From a bacterium (GTDB lineage Bacteria > Hinthialibacterota > Hinthialibacteria > Hinthialibacterales > Hinthialibacteraceae): a stretch of DNA of 64,000 bases. The notes beneath the pieces are model-generated. The model worked only from the letters and a program-made list of their open reading frames with translations, was not told where the DNA came from and ran no database searches. The DNA lies in NCBI GenBank assembly GCA_963662285.2, contig CAXXMV010000008.1, positions 1,504,001 to 1,568,000 on the forward strand, written 5' to 3'. Below, in pieces: positions 56,969 through 64,000 of the stretch. The translations under genes were made by a program, and so were the position numbers. Every line of letters starts with the position of its first letter. Positions within the stretch are counted from its first letter, which is position 1.

Positions 56969-57226
56969 GCTGATCTCCTGTATACTTTTTAGTGATGATA
57001 CATAATATCATTTTTTCTTAAGCGGATAAGAACGTTATTATGCATATCTCTCTGATTTTGCATGGCGAATTTGAATCCCCATACAACGAAAGATCTTGAA
57101 TATTTGAGATTTACCTGTAAATTGGATAGCTTATAAAAGATGGACTATTTTATTGATATTATGTTCAATAAAAAAATTCTGGTTTCCTTTTTGCATTTTA
57201 TGTTTTGATAAAAATCATTATTTATA

Positions 57227-57255
57227 TTCACGTATTCCCCGAATAAATGTATAAT
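57227..57255 (+). promoter_or_regulatory. Putative sigma70 promoter of the cyclase gene
   Basis: TTCACG, 17 nt, TATAAT. Confidence 0.45.
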
Positions 57256-57313
57256 TATATTCCTGTTATGGATGTAGGGTCGCTAAAATAATATTATTAA
57301 TGAGGTCAGTTGG

Positions 57314-58591
57314 ATGTTATCAAAATATCGCGGCGATTTTTCGTCAAAAACTCTGGAAGATAGTTTAAAAAAAGTTCTTGATACCCGTCAAGAAGAAGAG
57401 ACTAAATTTAGAGCCAAGCATGTATATAAATGGACTATCATGTTTTGCGACGCCTCCCGGACTCTAAAAAAAGCCACAGATATCAGTGAAGAAAAACTCA
57501 AAGAACTCACGGCTGAGTATCGGGAAGTTATTACAAAGATAGCAAACAAATATGATCCTCCATATACCGCATCCGGCGATGGACCACAGTTGGTGATTTG
57601 CTTTGATTCTCCTGAAACTGCGGCCAACGCAGCCATAGAAATCCAGAAAGAACTCAAAGATTGGCGTTACCGTGATGATGGCGGCGCCTATTTCCGCCCG
57701 TCAATCGGTTTGAATTCGGGAGATTTCGTTATCAAAGATGATGACCTGAAACAATCCAACGCCTGCAACCTTGGCAAACGAGTCGAAACCCAAGCCAACA
57801 AAGCCCAGATTTTCTTATCGTATTCAACATATGAAGAACTTAAATCATACAGTAATTATAAAATTGCGTTTGAAAAAGAAGCTCTTCTCAAAAATATTCC
57901 TGATCCGCAAAATATTTACAATTTATCCTGGCAGTCATCAACCATTACAGATGTAGCGAAAAAAAATAATACAGACGATAAAGACGAATCACACTCTACC
58001 CCCTCTCCATCCGGGATTTTGGAAGAATTGGATGATAAAGTAAATATTGCTGAAAAATTCATGGGCATATTGATCTGCGACGTTGCTGGTTCTACCAAGA
58101 AATTCTGGAACCTGGGAGACCGCGAAGGCAATTTACTTATCGATATTTTCCGTAAAGAAGTTTTTATAATCTTAAAGAAATATAAGGCGGTGCATATCGA
58201 AATCCGCGAAGGGGATATGATCGTCGCTTGCTTCTCTCTTGATAAACCGATTTTGAATGTTATGGCTGGTATAGAAATTCAAAAGAACTTTTTCAGAAGA
58301 AATGTCGGCCTGGGCAGCAGAAACCGGGAAAAGATCGAATCGTCAATTGGTCTTCATGTCGGCAATTTCGCCGTAAGTAATAGCGAGATTGTTCCTAATA
58401 TGGATTTCTTTACCGCTAAAGGAATGCAGGATATGGCTGGCGCCAATGATATCTGCATCTCGGAAGAAATGGCCAACATGATTAAAGAATACACTCACAT
58501 GCCATTGGTTGAATCAGGAGAAACCACAGTAAAAGGAAAAGACGAACCACTTAAAATCTTCAATTTAGAGTGGTATAAATCTTCCAAATAA
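57314..58591 (+). CDS. Soluble protein with two tandem class III adenylate/guanylate cyclase domains
   Basis: Domain 1: IMFCD..SGDG..IGLNSG..NLGKRVE..IFLS..LKN. Domain 2: LICDVAGST..EGD..IGLHVG..ICISE..VKG. Confidence 0.85.
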   Translation: MLSKYRGDFSSKTLEDSLKKVLDTRQEEETKFRAKHVYKWTIMFCDASRTLKKATDISEEKLKELTAEYREVITKIANKYDPPYTASGDGPQLVICFDSPETAANAAIEIQKELKDWRYRDDGGAYFRPSIGLNSGDFVIKDDDLKQSNACNLGKRVETQANKAQIFLSYSTYEELKSYSNYKIAFEKEALLKNIPDPQNIYNLSWQSSTITDVAKKNNTDDKDESHSTPSPSGILEELDDKVNIAEKFMGILICDVAGSTKKFWNLGDREGNLLIDIFRKEVFIILKKYKAVHIEIREGDMIVACFSLDKPILNVMAGIEIQKNFFRRNVGLGSRNREKIESSIGLHVGNFAVSNSEIVPNMDFFTAKGMQDMAGANDICISEEMANMIKEYTHMPLVESGETTVKGKDEPLKIFNLEWYKSSK

Positions 58592-58732
58592 AAAAATATT
58601 TCCTGTAAAACAACCGAGAGTATAAGAACTGACTGCGATCTTTTTAATATCACAACATCATCCGCCTTAGATATTACATCGCGTCGTTTCTTTTACATCC
58701 ACGCTCTTATGCAAAACTGGAGATTATCAAAC

Positions 58733-58993
58733 ATGGACGAATCTGCAAATACAGATAATTTCACTCAAAGCGTCATCAGCCGGATCAATCCCCAAATATA
58801 TTCAACATTATCCTCGGAACAGATTGAGGCATTGGCGCAAGCAGTATATTCATGCCGCCCCACCAAAAAACACTTAATAAATTTCCGGGGTTTTATACCT
58901 TTTTTCAAATCACGCTATTATTTCGTCTTCCTTTTCGGGCGCGACCGGCGCGCTGAGTCGCATGAGGTGCAGCATAACATGAGAAATTTATAA
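58733..58993 (+). CDS. Small conserved-looking hypothetical protein, possibly C-terminally truncated
   Basis: S.EQIEAL...H.INFR..IPF...YYFVFLFGRDRR pattern; ggag SD. Confidence 0.5.
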   Translation: MDESANTDNFTQSVISRINPQIYSTLSSEQIEALAQAVYSCRPTKKHLINFRGFIPFFKSRYYFVFLFGRDRRAESHEVQHNMRNL

Positions 58994-59108
58994 CGCCGAA
59001 TCCGGCGTCTTCAATCCCCCAATACTCTTTCTTTTCAATGTCAACTTAATGAACTGTATAAACAAACAGAACAGTTTACATAAAAAAAACGTGATTTCGA
59101 GAACCGTT

Positions 59109-60665
59109 CTATTGCAAGCCTTCAACCAAATCCTCACTTATTATGGTGGGACACCAGTATTTTTCTATATGCTCAATCACCAGTTGAGTTCCTGCGTCGT
59201 GAGAGACCTGCGGAGAATCTTTGGGGTCATACATTGCATCGGTTAAGTCGCGCACCAGGATGCATTTTTTGCCCCAGCGCGTCATCTGCCGGATGGCGAA
59301 TGAACGTCCCAGGATGCACATGTTGGTATGCACTCCCATGATGAGCAGGGTATCAATGCCTTCCTGCTCGATAAAGTTATATACTTCACGGCCATTATCA
59401 GATATACCGTCATATTTCCCAATGTCGATATGCTTGCTCTGCCGGGTCCAGGCGTGATACCAGGGCGTTTCGTCGGTATCGCAGCCACCATCTGAATCAT
59501 CGATGGGCAGCGGATGGGTTGGTATATCCAAGGCTTCCGGCAATGGGAAGACCCGCGCCAGTTGCATCCTGCGGCGTTGCGGCCAATCGAGGTAAAAACT
59601 CAGGGTATCGGACGGCGCGTGGATGATCTGGATGCCTCTATCGCGGGCTGCATTAACCACTTTGTTCATCTTCTGGGCGATGACTTCGCACCGCTCAGTG
59701 GCGCCGTTGCACCAATGCTTGTCCCACATATCGCAAATGATTATAGCCGTTTTGGCGACAGGCGTCTCTTGTTCAAAATTAATTTCCTCCCACTGATCCT
59801 TTTGTTCGGTGGACTCTTCACGGCTGCGTAATTTCAACTGAAGCGTTCCCTTGGGACGAGTGCGCTTTTCCGGGATTTCCAATTCGCTTCGCTCGACTTC
59901 ACATTGAGACGTCCAATACAGCGCATTGGCCAGCATGCGTTTGAATGAAGCGTTTTCGAAATCCTCCACGCCTCCCAGTTGAGTATAAAATACCCGGCCT
60001 CCATTAATGGTTCGCGTCCAGGCGGCGGGTTGCGGCTCTTTTTGCGTGGGGATTGTTGCGGTCATCAGCAAGTCGGCGTCATCAGAGATCGGCCCGGTTT
60101 TGTAGAGGCTGTAGCGGGAATACAAGGTTCCGATCCCGTCCAGTATGGGATGAGAATTTTTAGATTTTATGGTATTGGCTTCCATAGTAGGACCATTACC
60201 GAAATGGTTATGATAATTGCCGCCCAGAATTTCTTTATCGAACTCCAGCCAGTTCTGGAAACCATGACTGGCGGTGCGCACCGCAACAATGGCATTACCT
60301 GATTTACAATAATTCTTCACCATTTCCAGTTGTTCACCATCAATCAGCAAACGGCGGGTGAAAAATAACGCCGCATCGCAATCCTCCAACGCTTCCAATC
60401 CGGGCAACTGCTCGAATCCAATCGCTTTAAGCAAAGTGCATTCGATATTGTAATTACTCTCCAGATAGGTTTTGAATGCTGTAAGCGACGCATCAGAGTT
60501 ATACTCAGCCGATCCTGAAACCAGACAAACGCGCAGTGGTGGAGTTTCGAAATCAGCGTTTATAGAATTTACTGGCAAAAAATAAAAAACTATCAGAGCC
60601 GCTATAGCAAGAAGGAAATTACATTGGATGCTCGATAAAACTGAATTCCCGGCCTCATATTTCAT
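59109..60665 (-). CDS. ThuA-like + isochorismatase (cysteine hydrolase) fusion protein
   Basis: RTASHGF and PAAWTR..GGRVFYT in the N-half; ICDMWD, IHAPS and GVHTNMC in the C-half. Confidence 0.85.
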   Translation of the reverse strand: MKYEAGNSVLSSIQCNFLLAIAALIVFYFLPVNSINADFETPPLRVCLVSGSAEYNSDASLTAFKTYLESNYNIECTLLKAIGFEQLPGLEALEDCDAALFFTRRLLIDGEQLEMVKNYCKSGNAIVAVRTASHGFQNWLEFDKEILGGNYHNHFGNGPTMEANTIKSKNSHPILDGIGTLYSRYSLYKTGPISDDADLLMTATIPTQKEPQPAAWTRTINGGRVFYTQLGGVEDFENASFKRMLANALYWTSQCEVERSELEIPEKRTRPKGTLQLKLRSREESTEQKDQWEEINFEQETPVAKTAIIICDMWDKHWCNGATERCEVIAQKMNKVVNAARDRGIQIIHAPSDTLSFYLDWPQRRRMQLARVFPLPEALDIPTHPLPIDDSDGGCDTDETPWYHAWTRQSKHIDIGKYDGISDNGREVYNFIEQEGIDTLLIMGVHTNMCILGRSFAIRQMTRWGKKCILVRDLTDAMYDPKDSPQVSHDAGTQLVIEHIEKYWCPTIISEDLVEGLQ

Positions 60666-60753
60666 GGTATTTCCACCCCTATCTATTATTATATAATTCC
60701 AAATCTTCGTCTCAAACTAAATCAATAGATTTTATGTTAATATAAAAAAGTTC

Positions 60754-61401
60754 CTAGGTTCCACCAACGACCGGAGAACAATTTACGCCGCCGCCGAAAC
60801 GCATTATATCGCCGTTGCTCATAACGCCGTTGGAAATTGCATATATTTTAAATCGGGTATTCAATAATCCGCGGCTCCATTCCAGCGGCCAGGCTCGTCC
60901 CCCGTCGTAATCCTTGTCTGGTCCTTTGGATGCCAGGCAGTATCCTTGAACTTTCTTATTTTCTCTATCAGGGCGCACTAGGTATTGTTTCAACGTATCT
61001 CCATAATAACCATCATAATTAGCGTATTCATACCAAGGTCCAGGAATTATTGATACAGGTATATTGACCGTAGTAGAAATATTTTCATTATTCTTCAGGA
61101 TATAATCGATATCCATAAAAGGATCATTGTAATCAGCGCTGGAAAGATATGAGACAGGGGTAGTCAACTCGATCAAATGGGTTTCGCTGCATTCAAACAA
61201 TTTAGGCCAGGGATGAAATTTGTAATCCATTTTGTATTGTTCGATAGCAAGAGCAATGGCGTTATGATCGGTATGGACGCGGGCTACCTTGGCGCGAATC
61301 AGCGCATCATAAAACCGGGGAACTGCTATGGCGGCCAGTATTCCAATAATGGCGACTACAATTAACAATTCAATAAGCGTAAAACCAGCCCGATGCTTCA
61401 T
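60754..61401 (-). CDS. Prepilin-type N-terminal cleavage/methylation protein
   Basis: AG|FTLIELLIVVAIIGILAAIAVP, LTTPVSY, SKGPD and SNGVMSNGDI; aaggag SD. Confidence 0.9.
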   Translation of the reverse strand: MKHRAGFTLIELLIVVAIIGILAAIAVPRFYDALIRAKVARVHTDHNAIALAIEQYKMDYKFHPWPKLFECSETHLIELTTPVSYLSSADYNDPFMDIDYILKNNENISTTVNIPVSIIPGPWYEYANYDGYYGDTLKQYLVRPDRENKKVQGYCLASKGPDKDYDGGRAWPLEWSRGLLNTRFKIYAISNGVMSNGDIMRFGGGVNCSPVVGGT

Positions 61402-61496
61402 GATTTCTCCTTGCAACATTAGAAGCAGTATCAGATTGGATATCTCACTTACAAAATAGAACGATTCTCCTATCACATCGGTAATGGTGAAACATA

Positions 61497-61529
61497 GTGG
61501 GATACGCTGACGCTTTTAGCCCACCCTAC
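61497..61529 (-). repeat. GTAG-type REP (family A)
   Basis: Reverse complement GTAGGGTGGGCTAAAAGCGTCAGCGTATCCCAC. Confidence 0.75.
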
Positions 61530-61546
61530 CTGCTTGATGCGCAAAC

Positions 61547-62266
61547 TTATTGCACTAAACCTTTATTAGACATGTAAATATCGCCCGACGATTTCAATCC
61601 ATTAGAAGCGCTAAAAGTGATTTTATACGCTTGATCATGCGCATAACTCCAGGCTTGTTGATCAATACGATCCGGCCCCAAACTCGTCATCGTATAAATC
61701 GTTCCGCTGGGTTTCCAAATGGCTCGAGGAGATTCCACCCCGCCGTACGGACCAGCGTACTGAAAAAAAGCCATGCTTTTGGGATGCATACCACGAGTGG
61801 CCGAGGAACCAAAATAGGGGTCCAAGGGGATTGATGAAATGTAGGCAACCGGCGTGGTCAATTTCGAGTAGGATAAATATTCATTCTGTGAAACGCCGCT
61901 CACTCCCGGCACGCCGCCACTGTCGTAATCGGGAACGTAGGAGTTGAAATCCAATCGATACATCTCCATTGCGCTGTTCAACGCTTTCAAATCGGCGTAG
62001 GTGCGCGCCACTTGAGCTCTCATCTGCGCATTCAAAAAATTAGGTACGGCAATGGCCGCCAAAATCCCGATAATCGCAACCACGATCAGCAACTCGATTA
62101 GCGTGAAACCTTTCTTTTCAAAAAATCCTTTTCGCCAACGGTAAATCACGGTTGGTTTCAGATTATTTTCTTCGCATTTATCAGATACAAGAATATGGTT
62201 AATCAAATGACTTCGTATGAGAGTCACCTTCTCTTGCGGGGAATAATGCCTATGGATTGTCTTCAT
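61547..62266 (-). CDS. Prepilin-type protein with an IS3-transposase-derived N-terminal leader
   Basis: KG|FTLIELL at residues 53/54; residues 1-50 resemble an IS3 OrfA HTH. Confidence 0.85.
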   Translation of the reverse strand: MKTIHRHYSPQEKVTLIRSHLINHILVSDKCEENNLKPTVIYRWRKGFFEKKGFTLIELLIVVAIIGILAAIAVPNFLNAQMRAQVARTYADLKALNSAMEMYRLDFNSYVPDYDSGGVPGVSGVSQNEYLSYSKLTTPVAYISSIPLDPYFGSSATRGMHPKSMAFFQYAGPYGGVESPRAIWKPSGTIYTMTSLGPDRIDQQAWSYAHDQAYKITFSASNGLKSSGDIYMSNKGLVQ

Positions 62267-62386
62267 TTGGATTTCCTCCGTTTAACTATACGAGAACGAT
62301 TCTCAATATTGCGTGCGTTAATACTGGTTTTGTTAACAGCAATAACTTAAACGATGGATAATATCATTTCCAACTTAGACAATACA
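62117..62386 (-). mobile_element. IS3-family left-end remnant (IRL plus 5' orfA)
   Basis: Minus strand begins TGTATTGTCTAAGTTGGAAATGA, then a GGAGG SD and RHYSPQEKV..R.HL...VSD.C....L.PTV.YRW.K.FFE. Confidence 0.7.
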
Positions 62387-62416
62387 AGCCTACCTGGCTA
62401 GGGTGGCATCAAGGGC

Positions 62417-62508
62417 CAATGTCATTAAGTTAACTGTGTTGTCCCCTCTCCCGCCGGGAGAGGATTAGGGTGAGGGTTATTTACAAAACAACTTAGTTAA
62501 TGACATTG
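62417..62508. mobile_element. IS4-like MITE (92 bp) with 10-bp TSD
   Basis: 12-bp perfect TIR CAATGTCATTAA/TTAATGACATTG; TSD CATCAAGGGC at 62407-16 and 62509-18. Confidence 0.88.
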
Positions 62509-62514
62509 CATCAA

Positions 62515-62539
62515 GGGCGCCCACGAGGAGCGCTCCTAC
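62515..62539 (-). repeat. GTAG-type REP (family D, like the 53601 target)
   Basis: Reverse complement GTAGGAGCGCTCCTCGTGGGCGCCC. Confidence 0.7.
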
Positions 62540-62586
62540 GTGATTTATATCAATACTCACAATCCATAGAGAGTTCTTGCATCACT

Positions 62587-64000
62587 CTATTCTACAGATT
62601 TAGCGGCGAAAATCTCCTTGAAATAATCTGCTTTATCTTCATTGCGGATCAAGTCGATATATTTCGGGCCTCCGCTGTATTCGACCATAACCGTTTTAAA
62701 GAGGTCGCCTGAAAGAAGCAGTAATTCGATTTTACGCGTTGCTACACTGTCGGCGATAGCGTCTTTGAGGCGGTTGAGGCTGAATTTGCGGTTGTCTACG
62801 CCGATGATTTTAGCGTCTTCAAACAGCCCCGCTTTATCCGCCGCGCCGCCTGGAATAATTCCGGTTATGGTTCCATTGTCAGATACTTTCATACCCAGTG
62901 AGGAGAGCGACGGGTCTTTATCATAATCGGTCGGCTCATTGGCATAGACGATGCGGTATCCAAGACGGTCAAGCACGGTCAAGGGTAAATCATCATGCCA
63001 GCCGCGCACACCGGTCTTCGATCAGGGCTTTCCAATCGTAGGACATCACTTGATTGAGTAAGTCAATGACATCCTCTTCCGTGAATCCCACCCGGTTTTT
63101 AGAACTGTCATACCGCCCCAGAAACTTACGAACGAAATCATCCAGACATAGTTCGCCATCGCTCTCATCCCGCAGAATGCCGTCAATTTCATACCACAGC
63201 AGGGCGCCTTCGAAATAGTAATCCTGCGCCCGGTTGAGCCGCGACCAATATTTCCCCCAGCGGCGCCGTAGGTATGAGGATGACGCGGTATCTTCGAGAT
63301 TGGTGGATCGCCGTCCTTTTTGCTGCATCAACGAGACGATGGTTTTGCCTACGCCGACCCATTCATCCTGCAAACCGCCTTCGAATGAGCTGCGTTCGGC
63401 GGTCTTAAAAAGACCGGAACGCGCCGTCAGAACCACGCCCAGGCATTGATCGAGACCTTCATAAACCCAAAGCAGCCTTGTGTCCTTGGGGGTGTTATGA
63501 TCGGGCGTGACCATCCCCGCCGGGCGGTGATATTTACCGCACCAGCGGTGTCCATATTCGTGGGCTAACAGATGCCCGGTCACGCGCAGATTTTCGAAGT
63601 CGAGTCCACGTTCACCAACAGCATTGAGACTGGATCGTAGATGCTCTAAACCGAGGAAAGGGAAACTATCGCTGAGAATAAGCAGAAAATGATAATCGTA
63701 ATTGTGCTCGGTTCCATATAGAGCCATAGCCTGGCTGACCAGGGTTTTGAATTTATCAACTGTTTCCGGTTCGGGGTGGATGGCTTGTTTTGATTCGGAA
63801 ATCAAATGCAGGTAATGGGGCGTCCCGTTTTCGGGGGTTATATCATACTTGTTGTAATACTCTCCGCAGATCAACGGACTATCAACCAGCTCGCGGTAAG
63901 ATATCCGCTCAAAAACTGGATGTGATGCAGTATCATCTTTAGCGATCAGCGAGGAAGCCCATTGCCATTGGTCTGGTAATTTGAGTGTGAGATCGACATC
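62587..64000 (-). pseudogene. M61 glycyl aminopeptidase with PDZ domain, frameshifted near 63010, 5' end beyond window
   Basis: LVDSP, GLEH, HEYGHRWCGKYHRPAG, LLWVYEG and DYY.EG motifs; PDZ (GGAADKAGL) lies in a different frame; frame open to base 64000. Confidence 0.75.

Noticed and set aside
60754-62266. Diversity-generating retroelement or shufflon acting on the pilins
   Set aside because: No reverse transcriptase, template/variable repeat pair or invertase is visible in the window.

Overview
Bacterial chromosomal window of moderate GC, with no rRNA, tRNA or CRISPR array. It is rich in secreted carbohydrate-active and peptide-degrading genes. Three prepilin-like paralogues with LTTPVAY / S-x-GPD / SNG-x-x-S-x-GDI motifs and a C-terminal 'SVVDWSIY' tail suggest a Sumerlaeota/Hinthialibacterota(OLB16)-like organism (inference from recollection, not checked). 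Gene content: a Wzc tyrosine kinase; a minus-strand polysaccharide locus (922-aa repeat surface protein, prepilin, GH9, heparinase II/III); tricorn protease divergent from an OPT transporter; a metallophosphoesterase; a REP-associated tyrosine transposase (RAYT) flanked by its own REPs and an AT-rich REP-bounded gene; a CRTAC1/TPR pair; a MerR-GyrI regulator; a glucosylglycerate/mannosylglucosylglycerate cluster; Gfo/Idh/MocA enzymes; a sulfatase; HigBA; several glycoside hydrolases; a tandem class III nucleotide cyclase; and a frameshifted M61 peptidase. The most notable unannotated signals are: (1) a self-contained ~370-nt + strand transcription unit at 10.84-11.25 kb with a 16-nt anti-16S Shine-Dalgarno, a 20-codon Cys/Gly peptide, a structured ANGGA-rich tail and its own terminator; (2) a nested selfish-DNA system of RAYT REPs plus IS4-like MITEs that carry a palindrome and insert into or next to REPs with 10-bp target duplications; (3) an IS3 transposase fragment serving as the leader of a pilin; (4) a TipA-like internal start in the MerR gene; (5) a catalytically eroded M20 peptidase in the osmolyte cluster.
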